DNA of 64,000 bases, from the NCBI RefSeq assembly GCF_036588685.1, contig NC_086379.1, forward strand, positions 10,292,001-10,356,000, read 5' to 3'. The notes beneath the pieces were generated by a model. That model searched no databases. It worked only from the letters and a program-made list of their open reading frames with translations, and was not told the origin of the DNA. Origin of the DNA: Mytilus trossulus (Eukaryota). Made by a program: the position numbers and the translations under genes. The stretch's first letter is position 1. Every line of letters starts with the position of its first letter. Shown one piece after another: positions 12,603 to 25,739 of this stretch.

Positions 12603-14508
12603 AATGGTATACGTAAACATTTCGAAGAAACACCAATCTAACACTTAATGGTATAAGTAAACATTACGAAGAAAAACCAATCTAACACTTAATGGTGTCA
12701 GTAAACATTACGAAGAAACACCAATCTAACACTTAATGGTATAAGTAAACATTACGAAGAAACACCAATAAACACTTAATGGTATAAGTAAACATTACGA
12801 AGAAACACCAATCTAACACTTAATGGTATAAGTAAACATTACGAAGAAACACCAATCTAACACTTAATGGTGTCAGTAAACATTACGAAGAAACACCAAT
12901 CTAACACTTAATGGTATAAGTAAACATTACGAAGAAACACCAATCTAACACTTAATGGTGTCAGTAAACATTACGAAGAAACACCAATCTAACACTTAAT
13001 GGTATAAGTAAACATTACGAAGAAACACCAATAAACACTTAATGGTGTCAGTAAACATTACGAAGAAACACCAATCTAACACTTAATGGTATAAGTAAAC
13101 ATTACGAAGAAACACCAATAAACACTTAATGGTATAAGTAAACATTACGAAGAAACACCAATCTAACACTTAATGGTATAAGTAAACATTACGAAGAAAC
13201 ACCAATCTAACACTTAATGGTGTCAGTAAACATTACGAAGAAACACCAATCTAACACTTAATGGTATAAGTAAACATTACGAAGAAACACCAATCTAACA
13301 CTTAATGGTGTCAGTAAACATTACGAAGAAACACCAATCTAACACTTAATGGTATAAGTAAACATTACGAAGAAACACCAATCTAACACTTAATGGTGTC
13401 AGTAAACATTACGAAGAAACACCAATCTAACACTTAATGGTATAAGTAAACATTACGAAGAAACACCAATCTAACACTTAATGGTATAAGTAAACATTAC
13501 GAAGAAACACCAATCTAACACTTAATGGTATAAGTAAACATTACGAAGAAACACCAATATAACACTTAATGGTATAAGTAAACATTACGAAGAAACACCA
13601 ATCTAACACTTAATGGTATAAGTAAACATTACGAAGAAACACCAATATAAAACTTAATGGTATAAGTAAACATTACGAAGAAACACCAATCTAACACTTA
13701 ATGGTATAAGTAAATATTACGAAGAAACACCAATCTAACACTTAATGGTATAAGTAAACATTACGAAGAAACACCAATCTAACACTTAATGGTATAAGTA
13801 AACATTTCGAAGAAACACCAATCTAACACTTAATGGTATAAGTAAACATTACGAAGAAACACCAATCTAACACTTAGTGGTATACGTAAACATTACGAAG
13901 AAACACCAATCTAACACTTAATGGTATAAGTAAACATTACGAAGAAACACCAATCTAACACTTAATGGTATAAGTAAACATTACGAAGAAACACCAATCT
14001 AACACTTAGTGGTATACGTAAACATTACGAAGAAACACCAATCTAACACTTAATGGTATAAGTAAACATTTCGAAGAAACACCAATCTAACACTTAATGG
14101 TATAAGTAAACATTTCGAAGAAACACCAATCTAACACTTAATGGTATAAGTAAACATTACGAAGAAACACCAATCTAACACTTAATGGTATAAGTAAACA
14201 TTTCGAAGAAACACCAATCTAACACTTAATGGTATAAGTAAACATTTCGAAGAAACACCAATCTAACACTTAATGGTATAAGTAAACATTACGAAGAAAC
14301 ACCAATCTAACACTTAATGGTATAAGTAAACATTTCGAAGAAACACCAATCTAACACTTAATGGTATAAGTAAACATTACGAAGAAAAACCAATCTAACA
14401 CTTAATGGTATAAGTAAACATTACGGAGAAACACCAATCTAACACTTAGTGGTATAAGTAAACATTACGAAGAAACGCCAATCTAACACCTAATGGTATA
14501 AGTAAACA
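12603..14508. repeat. Minisatellite, ~43 copies of a 44-bp unit
   Basis: Unit AATGGTATAAGTAAACATTACGAAGAAACACCAATCTAACACTT repeated head-to-tail with no unique spacers. Confidence 0.97.
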
Positions 14509-14752
14509 AAACAAATTGTGGATCGATTGATAAACATTTCAGTAAAACAGATGTATCTAAGTAGCTTCAGAAGGTACAAACTATTAGGTAGAATTTTGAA
14601 CGTAACATGTATATGTGTTTGACGCTTTCAAAAAACATTGAATTGTTTAAAATTTTTCTCACTTTTCTAAATGATCTGATATTTTGTAGCATTCACGGGT
14701 CTATGAACGTTTACACTTCCATTTATCGCATATGTATTTTTGAAACAGTGTG

Positions 14753-15896
14753 CACAAGTATTCCACATTCCAAACTAAAAGACAAATTAAAAGAGTTGGT
14801 ATTACTTTGCTTCATAAAAAAGGATGGCCGACGTAGATACAAGTATCTTGTCTTGTCTTTACACTTTGTAAAGAATCATTCTGATTCAAACAAATAATTC
14901 TCTGAAACCGATATTATCAAGATGCTTGATTTCTTGATTGACAACATATTTGTTACGTTCGGAGGACGTGTTTTTCAACAGACTGTCGGCATCCCAATGG
15001 GAACAAACTGTGCCCCTCTACTTGCTGACTTGTTTCTTTATTATTATGAGGCTGACTTCATGCAGGAACTTCTTAGGAAGAAAGATAAGAAGTTAGCAAT
15101 ATCCTTTAACTCTACTTTCCGCTATATAGATGACGTTCTTTCACTAAACAATTCAAAATTTGGTGACTATGTGATCGCATCTATCCCACCGAATTGGAGA
15201 TAAAGGATACTACAGATACAGTTAAGTCGGCTTCATATCTTGACTTACATCTAGAAATTGACAATGAGGGTCGGTTGAAGACAAAACTTTACGACAAAAG
15301 AGATGATTTCAGCTTTCCAATTGTGAACTTTCCATTTTTAAGTAGCAACATTCCTGCAGCACCTGCATACGGGGTATATATCTCCCAATTGATACGATAT
15401 TCCCGTGCTTGCATTTCCTATCATGATTTTCTTGATAGAGGGTTACTGCTCACAAGGAAGCTATTAAACCAAGAGTTCCAAATGGTGAAGTTGAAATCAT
15501 CCCTTCGTAAATTTTACGGACGCCATCACGAGTTGGTTGACCGTTATGGAATAACCGTTTCACAAATGATATCGGATATGTTCCTTACGTCGTAACTATA
15601 ATCCCCTTCCCTTTCATGAATTTGACCTACCGAATTATACTATTTACCGGATTTGTAATCACATAAGCAACACGACGGGTGCCGCATGTGGAGCAGGATC
15701 TGCTTACCCTTCCGGAGCACCTGAGATCACCCCTAGTTTTTGGTGGGGTTCGTGTTGTTTATTCTTTAGTTTTCTATGTTGTGTCATGTGCACTATTGTT
15801 TTTCTGTTTGTCTTTTTCATTTTTAGCCATGGCGTTGTCAGTTTGTTTTAGATTTACGAGTTTGACTGTCCCTTTGGTATCTTTCGTCCCTCTTTT
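14753..15896 (+). mobile_element. 5'-truncated Penelope-like retroelement (Naiad-type RT C-terminal half plus 3' UTR 'family D'), pseudogenised
   Basis: RT motifs TSIPH, GIPMGTNCAPLLADLFL, RYIDDV, YLDL, KLYDKRDDF..PIVNFP and YISQLIRYSRAC, split over three ORFs by a stop and a frameshift. Stop at 15595 with no C-terminal GIY-YIG, consistent with the N-terminal-endonuclease Naiad clade (inference). Confidence 0.85.
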
Positions 15897-16152
15897 AAAG
15901 CCAATTTGACTTGATGATTTTTTTTACAAGTTTTCAAATATAAGAAAGCAATTAAACTCTGTTGGAAAGTGGTCCATTGGTAATCTTGCTACATGTCCCT
16001 GATTTGTAAGAACAAATTAATCAAGTTTGTTAGATCCATTTTCTGGCGTCAGGAGATATGAAAAATTTTTCTAAATGCGTCTGAAGTACGCTGTTCTAAA
16101 ACTACTTACTTAATGTGATCTTGTGAATAAATTATAAAACACACCTAATATG

Positions 16153-17003
16153 CACAGGCACTTGTCTCAGAATTTTTTTTTCCTATATACCTTATTATAA
16201 CACAAGGTACTTAATTTGCATTTTAGAAAAATGTTGGGTGGTGACGAAGTTCCGTTATATGCCGCTTTATAGGCTGTTAATCCCACTAAAGCTTGTTTAA
16301 TCGAAAATCTTAATTGATTTATCTTTACAATGGTGTATAACATGCCTACATTTATTGTCGGAATCATCCATAGCAATCCTAAGTATGTCAATCGTTATAA
16401 TTTTGCAAACCGCTGAAGAATTGGCAATAAACGCGTCATGCTCCTTGTATATCTCGGTTTCCGATTGGTCAATTCTATGGGAAAGTCTAAATGATTCTCG
16501 GAGTTATCTGATCTTGTTTCATTTCATACGTAAAGTCGAGAGAGAGTCTGAAAGACATTCACGTCATAAGAAAACTTATTAGACATACCACAAATAACAC
16601 TTGTTAATTTTTTTTCACGGTATATCATACAATTTTACTTAATGTATGATAATTCTATTCATACGAAAACTAACAGTTTTTTTTAAAAACGATTTTTATA
16701 AAAAATCATTTACTGCGGCCGTTTATTGCCAATTCTTCAGCGGTTTGCAAAATTCTTACGATTGACATACTTTGGTAGGATCGCTACGGATGATTCCTAC
16801 AACAAATGTAGGCATGTTATACACCATTGTATAGATAAATCAATTTATATTTACAATATAACAAGCTTTAGTGGGGTTGACAGCCTATAAAGCGGCATAT
16901 AACGGAACTTCATCACCACCTAACATTTTTCTAAAATGCAAGTTAAGTACCTTGTGTTATAATAAGGTATATAGGAATTTTTTTTCTGAGACAAGTGCCT
17001 GTG
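16153..17003. mobile_element. Foldback non-autonomous DNA transposon with ~280-bp TIRs and 8-bp TSD (P- or hAT-like)
   Basis: Arms ~16153-16433 and ~16720-17003 are inverted copies; termini CACAGG...CCTGTG; CTAATATG duplicated at 16145-16152 and 17004-17011. Confidence 0.88.
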
Positions 17004-17883
17004 CTAATATGTTATACTTTTATTTTAAAAACTCTTATAACAATATTAAGTAATTCGGGAGGAGAGTACACCAAAATCATACATCCAGAGATAATATATT
17101 ATGTTCGCTTGTTTCAAACATGTTAAATGTTTATGCATAATGTTATAGCTTTGACATTTCGCAATCATGGTTCGAATATCTATATAAGTAAAATCAAACA
17201 TACAAATAGTTTTTATGCATTTACTAAATTTTTTTATTCAAGTATTTCTGACAAATGCATATTAAAACATCCCTGGATATGTTCAATAATTCCTTTTATC
17301 TGATTTCAACACGATTGAAAGCGTGCATTAAAATTTTAAGTCATCAACTGTAAAATTTATCTTATCTTAACAGATATAAATTCTTTACTTATCATGTAAT
17401 GGATTATCTTTTGACAGGAAATCATACCTGATTTTATAGAGATAACTTTATATCAAACTCAGTTGTAATCGTCTAGGCGGTAATTATTCAGCCTCATGAG
17501 TTATAACTTTGAATTTGCAATTTTAAGATATATTAAGGATAATGCAAGTTTAATTAGTAATGCTGTCACGGTAAAACATGTAGTAGTAAAAAACCCGCAG
17601 TATACTAAATGTTAATGATTGGATCTAAACTCCTAGTTTGTCGTCTCGTAGGTTTTCATGGTTGCTATTGTAGTGTCGGGTTTTGATGAACTTGTGATTG
17701 GCTTGGCTGAAATAGTCAATTGATTCCTTGTTGGAATTCTAGCTCTTTAATGAAGATTTTAACCAGTTTTGTTTTGTGCTTTACATTTGATTTTTATGTT
17801 GAAAGCTTTAATAGAAAAATAGAAAAATAAACACATTGATAGCAAAAAATTTGCAACAAGAAAATATCTAATATCACATGTAT

Positions 17884-18300
17884 AAAGTAAAAACACAAAA
17901 ATACTGAACTCCGAGGACAATTCTAAAAGGAAAGTCCAAAATCAAAAGGCAAAATCAAAAGTCCAAACACATCAAACGAATGGATAACCACTGTCATATT
18001 CCTAACTTGGTACAGGCATATTCTAATGTAGAAAATTGTGGATTGAACCTGGTTTTATAGATAGCTAAACCTCTCACTTGTATGACAGTCGCATCAAATT
18101 TCATTTTATGGTTAACTATGCGTGAACAAAACAAACATACTCAAAGAGAAAAAATGTCAAAAATAGGGGTACATCAGTCAACACTGTGTTATCATCTTAA
18201 CCACTATAAAAACAACAAATGAAACGAAGAAGCACAAAAAGGCATACATCAAATTTAACATCCTCATTTTGCATATCTTATACGATTTTGTTTATCTATG
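17884..18300 (-). mobile_element. Dispersed repeat family A, copy 2
   Basis: Homologous to 357-700 and the other A copies. Confidence 0.85.
17990..18089 (-). ncRNA. Twister-P5 motif (family A)
   Basis: Minus strand reads ACTGTCATA CAA GTGA GA GGT ...CCAGGTT C^AA TCC AC A ATTTTCT ACATT AGAATAT G CCTG T ACC AA GT TAGG AA TATGACAGT. P5 is a perfect 9-bp stem; T1 ACC/GGT; T2 AC/GT; P2 is short or imperfect. Confidence 0.7.
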
Positions 18301-18406
18301 TAAAGTATATCCGTAAATAATTGAAGGTTTTCAGTACTGCTGTAAAATTGCGCGTTTGAAATTCACACAAGTCAGCCTGGTCCAAATTACCGGTAAACTC
18401 CGTATA

Positions 18407-21400
18407 TAGTCCAGTCGAAGTGTGAAACAATTGCTCAGATTGTGGTAAAAGCATCAAACTTTGCAGAGTGTACGTTGAGGTAATAATTAACATTTTTAGA
18501 TATGGACCCAATTCAGAAAATCAAAATGGCGGCTCTGGGCGGCCATTTTGAAATCATGTCCAAAAAAATAATGAAAATAATTAGAAAAAATATGAAAAAT
18601 ATGTTTCTTTACCAATTTTGATAAACTTTCGTGTTTTTTATGAAAAAAAATATCAACTGAGAACTATTGAAGTAATTTGTGGCCATCTTGAATGGTGGCC
18701 ATTTTGGAAACGTAAATTTCCAATATATATCATTATTCTCTATCCTAAATTGTTTTTTGAATTAATACTAAGTTTTATTTGCAATTACAACTAGTTTTGC
18801 AAACCATTTATTTTTGACTGTTAATATAGGATATATTCACCAAGTTCTCAAATAAGCCATGCGTATGTAAGCATAGTTTTACAAATAAATGTATGTAAAG
18901 AAATACGTAAATTCTTTTGATTTAGGCAGTTAAGCATATATGGCTTAGTTACTTTTTTACCACCAAAAAATGTGTATATACAATATGAGTTATGACCCCT
19001 GTATGTTGAAAAGGAAAACTGCGTAGCTATTAAAATCGCTGGAGCTGAAAAAAATAATAAAAAAGTAGACTGGAAAGAATTCCTTAACGCGAAGAGAGGA
19101 CATGTGAGGATTTACAATGCCAGTCAAATACAAAAAGAGCAGACATAGACATTAGAGCTGGTAATCAGTCATTTGTTGTAAGCATACAACTGTTCCAAGT
19201 TGATGAAGGCCATGTAATGGGAGAGTAACAAGGCAAAAGGTATTAATCCTTGCAAGGAAAATCTTAATATCAAAATATATTTTGTCAGGAAAAACGAAAA
19301 AAGTCTAAGATGAGTCACGGATTGAAATAAACAGTAAAATAACCAGCCACAGTTGTGATGAATCAACAAGAACAATAACTGCAGGGTGTTTTGTGTTTCG
19401 TTATTTCTGTTGAGGTATCTGACTATCATTCATCATGAAGCATCGACAATTATGATCGACAATATTGTACGTTACTGACACTTGAACTAATAACCATTGT
19501 TCTTTTAGCCAGACTCAGTGGTGCTGAAGATTAATATTTCAGGAGCAGATATTAACATACTAAAAGATTGTTGAAACTGCACGATAAGACAATTAGACAG
19601 AATTCGAGACACAGAAAGAAAGTCAAGAACCTGTAATCCATGAAATGGGCCTCGCCAAAATGATAGAAAAATAGTGAGGACTCCAAGTTTGGAATTGTTT
19701 TTTAACTATTTGAAGTTGATGATATATGTAAATTGTACTGTAAATGTTCTTAATAAATATGAGTTGTCAAGAAAGGAATGATTATTACAACACTAAATAA
19801 AAACCAGCTGCCATAGATGATATGCAAGCACACATGAATGGTTGCGTCTTTCTCCGGATTCTCAACGAATATGTTGGGGAAGTTCTGAAACAGGCCATGT
19901 CTTTTAGTCGTGATGGTGAAGGCCTCTTCATAGTCAAAGTAACTAGAATAGTTTGAAGAGTTAGGCTTGCCACTATAAAAATGTTTACAGGGACATTCAA
20001 TGTAGGCTTTCAAAATGAATCACTTCCACAATTGTTGAGACAACTTCCTCTCTATATGAGGACTGATAAGTTGCAGTTGTATCCTTTCGACTACGAGTTG
20101 CACAATTGAACTAGTATAGCTGAGAAATGATATGTTTGTCTGCCACTCAACGATATAACTGGACTGTGTCGCGATGTTTAGCCATCATGTATCATTCTTA
20201 CTGAGGAAACTTATGTCTGTTGTACTGATTCGTATCAACAGCGTTTACTGAGTGTCCCTGTTAAACTATTTTTAGTACCGTCACGAATAACTCTTTTGAA
20301 AATCAAGAGAACTTATTTATATTGCTTGTATGCTTGCTATGGCAACTACATTCAAATTTTGTTAACAGCGTTGTATCAGTTCTTCCTTTCATGATAACTC
20401 CAAGTTGTTCCCGGCGTATACTGTACAATTTAGCGTGATCTGCAAGCTTGGAGATTAGTAATATACCTCTTCCAGATCGTGTGCCATCAATGTATTTTAT
20501 CATTTTGGAAAGAAGAGCTCCAATGATAAAAGATTCCTGGCTTTCTTTCTGTGTCTTGTACTCTCTGATTTGCTATGTTGTCAAGTTTGATCAAACACCA
20601 AGCAGGATATTATTGAGTTGACATCTTCAGATCTTACTTTGGCTAGGGGATATGTCTTGTAGTACAGGTGCACAGTCATGCCCTATTTTTGTCGATTTGA
20701 AAATGTCGATGTATCATGGTGATCTTCAGATACATCACTACAAAAAAAATACACTGCAGTCATTGATTTTGTTGATCCAGTATCACCTTACAATGTCTGG
20801 TTACTTACTGTTTTCTTTCAATTGGCAACTTATCTAGTATGTTTTTCCCTTTTACTGATGTAATATTCTGAGATCTGAACATTTGTTTGACATGATTTGT
20901 GCCATTATGCCTTTTGATTCTGGAGTGCTTCTGCAGTTCCATTGCCCTCATTCAACTGTTTCGAATTGAGCGAAAGAAAAAGCATTTCAATACCCAACAT
21001 CCTCATATGTTTGCATCAAAAGAGTGATTGCCAGCTCAAATGTCTATGTCTGTTTCATTTGTATCTGCTTGGCATTGCAAACCCTCAAATGTCCTCTCTT
21101 GCCGTTTCACACATTCCTTTCAGTCTAATCGTCCATAATGTTCCTCTGATATCTAGCCCCACGGTTTTCAAAATCTACAATTTTGATCTTTTCAAACGAA
21201 AAACATTCGTTCATAAATTATATATACGTAATTTCTGTTTTAAAAACTTACTTAGGCAAACATGTAAGTAACAGAAATTCTGATACTGATATCTTTATTT
21301 TGTAAACATGTGCATGTCTTATCTGACTTTTTTGTGAATATCAAATATAGATTAGTAAAAAATGTATGAATGCAAACAGTTTAAAATTAATAAAATCAGC

Positions 21401-22261
21401 GAATAATGATATATTGGAAAATCATGTTTTCAAAATGGCCATCATTCATGATGGCTACCCCAAATAAAATCAATATATATGAAGTTCTCAGATGACAGGC
21501 CTTGTCATCTGTGATAAATATACCATATGACTATATAAGAACTTCCCGAAGTAAGCGCTCAACATACACATGTTATAAGTCAAAGTGAACACGGTTACTA
21601 AGGAAATGCAAATGTGTAAAGGCAGTATTAAGTAGTACTACGATATGTAAATGTGGATGACAATGTGATCGAATTTGATAGACAGAGGGTGGTTTGGAAA
21701 ACATGTGCATTTCATTTATTGTTAGATATTATAAACGTCAATTGAAAACATTTGAGTAATTGATGTTCTTTTAACATTACTTGCATGATATGAAATTCAT
21801 TATGTCTGCAATTAAGGTTTTTGAAAGTTGTTTCAAATGAACAATATCAACAAAACGAATTGTCCTATAATCAGACAATTATTATAAACGACAGGTATAC
21901 ACATATTTTCTTGCTTTATTTGTACTTGTTAAATAAATTCTCATGTTATTCTATGTTGAACAAGCGGTGGAACGAATATTGCTTTAAGAGTAGAAGTTCA
22001 TTTTATGATCCTCTTCGTGGTCCGCGTTTTTATGCTGTTATACCCAATACGAAACAGAAGAATAACTCTGGGAGGGGTATGCTCACTTTTTCCCTGTTTA
22101 TATAGCTCAAACAAATTCATTTTTATATCTTCTAAAATGCATTTTTTTTAATTTTTTTTTTTTAAATGTGGTCCATGACATATACTACTAATATTCAAAT
22201 TTCATGCTTTTACAACAATCTGAGCACTTTTGCCGAAAATCTGCACAAATCGACTGGACTA
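18407..22261 (-). mobile_element. Academ-type DNA transposon, decayed
   Basis: Termini TAGTCCAGTCGA...TCGACTGGACTA, 3-bp TSD ATA (18404-06/22262-64), long diverged TIRs (18407-18510 vs ~22165-22261; 18650-18750 vs 21385-21495). Confidence 0.8.
19850..21150 (-). pseudogene. Fragmented Academ-like transposase
   Basis: Frameshifted peptides such as LHDTSTF.IDK..DCAPVLQD..LAK, KLADHAKLYSIRREQLGVIMKGR and SVRMIHDG.NI..Q...ISQL resemble large invertebrate Academ-type transposases (recognised from memory, not by search). Confidence 0.55.
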
Positions 22262-23376
22262 ATAAGAGTTATTCGCCTGTAATGGCGACGTTTCCCAGGA
22301 TTTTCATTATTTTGTAAATTTTTTAATCTTTAATAATATATACTTAGATAGAAACTTTACAGAGAAATAAAAATGATAAAGAGAGACATAGATACTAAAA
22401 ACGTCAACATGGTTGGAAAAGTAAGTCATGCCAATCCTTCAAAAGAGGTATTGCCCTTTACTTTAAAGTCATAAGAAACGAGTGACTGGTGGAAAATAAT
22501 GTTTATCCAATTCTTGAACCAATGCATGTATATATCATCAACTTAGTCCTCTGTGCACGATTTTATCGTTTTTTACACAACTATATCATATAATCATCAT
22601 CTTGTTTTCTCTCTGTCTGTTATGATTTAACAAATATGGCTACTCATTAAATGCCGTATTTTGAAGCCGAAGTTTACCGATTGTCACCTTATAGTAAATA
22701 ACCAACAAAAAGCATGGGTATTTAGCACGTGTTAAAGATATACAATCAGGTAATTGTTTTTTTAATGACAGATTCATGCGTATTGCTATCACCGGATTTT
22801 TACGAGGAGGGTCATGCTTCGGTCATTATGCATATGGAAAATATGTCGGCGAATTGCTTTCTGGCAGCAGTTAAATGTGTAAACTTCTTAAAAAAATGGA
22901 AAGTCCATATTTAACCTTCTTTTTTCTGCATAATAATCCTGTTTTATCACTTTTCGTTTGCTAAAAATCTTTTCCTTACATCTATATTTCTTGCAGGTCC
23001 CATCTGGTGTTCAACATTATATGTTTTTTTTTTAGTAAGACCCATACTTTTAGCTATTAAATGAATAATATTTCTTAAGATACTAACAAACAAAACTTAT
23101 ACCTACGCCGTAAACATAGTTAACTCTCAGTTATTAAGTAAAATAGATGTTTTTGAACAACAACTAAAAATATGTGAACCGATATCAAACTGTTTATCAA
23201 CAACTTATAACCGAAAGAACAAAGACATTATCATTAGCATATTGTGGGAAATGAAAAAATATTAAGAAAATACATTACATAGTATCAATAAAGGTCTTGT
23301 TCTATCTGACGCAAAGCTTAAGTCGTATTTGATTTTATATACTTCCGTGCTTCGCTACAATGTATGTAATTGTTTA

Positions 23377-25556
23377 TGCCCGCGTCACACTGTTCCGATT
23401 TTTACGCCGATAGCAAGACGATTATGGAAATTTTCAAAATCGGGACTGATCGTATCCAGATCGGGCTATTCGTAGTGCCATCTTTAACCATCGTAAACCA
23501 TCGGCCACTTTTTCTAGCCTTCGGGGACAACTTTGGGAAGGGTTCGAAACTTTTTAACATGTTAAAAAATCCTCGAAGGTGCGTCCGATGTTGAGGGTTC
23601 GTATTGAGTTCGTATCACCATCCTCACCATCGTAATTTCACTGGGAATGCATCTTTGAACATCGTATTGCATTCGTGTTTCCATCGTTTCCATCGGGCAG
23701 TTTTGACATTACGATGTCTACACGAATAAATCACGAAGCTATCCGAAGGTCTTACAATGGCAACACGACTTTGTGAAGACCTCGCAATCCCGTCGTGTTG
23801 CCATCGAATAAAAGTACGAAGGCGCAAGATGGAACTACGACGGCATTAAATCCAGCTAAATGTAAGTTTATTTTCGGGCTAAAATACATTTAAAGTGCCA
23901 TGCGCGATATGCACTGGTCAAATACGACAGTAAAAAAAGACGTTCACAAAATATGGAGCTCATATCGTATGATTCTAGGAGAACAAGAAAAGCGACAGCA
24001 TTGTTTCTATTAATTCAAATGGAACAAGAAGAGCAGCTATTACAGGCTCAGGATTTACTTTTACAAGTAAAATTTTATTTTTTGTCAATTTTTCATGTCA
24101 AGTAACATAATGAAAATCATAAACGCGCCTCTTACAACAACACTGCAGGTTCACGTATATAGGGTAACCAACTTTTTCTTCATTATTCTGATTTTTTATT
24201 TATCGTCTGAGTTGTTGTCACACGAATGTTTACTCCATAGCCATTTTGTTTTCAATATTTCATATTTTGCCTCATTTGTTGCTTTCCCCACATCCTTCCT
24301 TATGTCTATATTATTATGATATTTTCCTGGAAAGGGCTCTTTTTGAATAAAAGGGATCAACGAACCCATTACCTTACCTTTAAGATAGATCAATAAACAT
24401 GGGCATTATTATGGGTGATTATTCAGACTAGTGCATACATTTTACAGTTCAAACAAGGCAATGCCGAGCGTGGCACCTCCTCGTATGTAACATATTGAGG
24501 ACAAATAAGGACACTATATTTGTATATGACACATGCAGAAAATGGTAAATTGAATATGCATATTTGATACAAAAACTATTATTTTTAGAAATCAACAAAA
24601 ACATTCAGTAACTGGAAATACCTGTCTTTAGAACCAGCAGGTTAAGAAATGAGCAACCAATTTCCTCCTGTGTATCATGCTATTTCAAAGAGAAAAAAAC
24701 AAGTCCATCTGCATGACCTTGACCTTTGGCCTTGAACGTAAAAAATGTCAGATCATTACAAGGAGGAACAATATACCAAATGTAGTTAAAATCTTTTGAA
24801 GCATATTTGTTTTAGAGTGTCCACAAGGGTGATATTGCCTTGTATTACAACTGCCACTGTGACCTTGACCTTTGAATTTTAAAGTCAATAGCGCTTAAGA
24901 TATTCATAACGAGTAACACCATACCAAGTTTTGAACATTTTGGTTCTAGAGTGTCCATAATAATTTTATCTACACGCAACTAACATGTAGTAGGCGAGGG
25001 GATAATAAACTAAGTTTTATAAAAATAAGACAAAAAGATCGATTTCCCGCCATGCATGGCAGACTTGTACAGAAACGATATGTTGTCAAAATTCTGTTTG
25101 TATCATAAAAAAGTTCAAAACAGGTAGAACGCATTTTTAGATCGTTTGTTTACTTGTATTATGTCCATACATGTACTTTACCGTTGTTTATCTTGTTTAA
25201 AACGTGTGATGCCTTCGGAATATAATTAAATGCATCGTTAGCTGTACACGATGTCAAAAGACATCGTATGTCCACCGCGCCATCATCGTAATCCATCGTG
25301 TAGCCTTCGTGATCCATCGTGTAGGCTTCGACTGAGTTGTGAAGCTGAAATACCCGTCTTCGGTTAACCTTCGTATATCCATCTTTTGTCATCGTATATA
25401 ATATTGGCACCATCGTATAGACCTCATTATTTATCGTACTTGCTTCGGTCACTTTTTGGTATTTTAACGAGATCGGGACCAATTTCGTACGATCTTACAA
25501 TTTTCGCATTCCGTTGTTCATCGTATATAAAAAATCGGGACAGTGTGACGCGGGCA
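23377..25556. mobile_element. Non-autonomous PIF/Harbinger-type DNA transposon, copy 2
   Basis: Same TIRs as 9717-11879, TTA target duplication (23374-76/25557-59), colinear with copy 1 and in the same orientation. Confidence 0.9.
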
Positions 25557-25739
25557 TTACAATTGATTTGACGGATTTGTTTTTCAACAGACGGTATATA
25601 AACATTACACGTTCTTTGACAGTATTATGATTGTTTTCATGCAGATGTATGTTTCAGATTTCAAAGAATAAGAGTATATGATTTAGACTGATTGATTGTT
25701 GTTTATTGCTATCTATCAGATTTGTTTTTCGTTTTGTAT

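Noticed and set aside
12603-14508. CRISPR array
   Set aside because: Units are contiguous with no unique spacers, there are no cas genes, and the context is eukaryotic
15612-15660. SECIS element in the PLE 3' UTR (some Naiad elements encode selenoproteins)
   Set aside because: ATGA...AA...GA is present, but the helix between the core and apical loop does not pair
15677-15750. HDV-like ribozyme assignment for the family D motif
   Set aside because: No GG after P1' to form P1.1 and no C-(G)AA J4/2; left unassigned
21450-21462. TGGCTACCC (WLP) as the GPCR TM6 exon
   Set aside because: Lies within the Academ TIR with no hydrophobic frame around it. Acceptor-like sites at ~22996, 45467, 46501, 57388 and 58553 also give no receptor-like frame.
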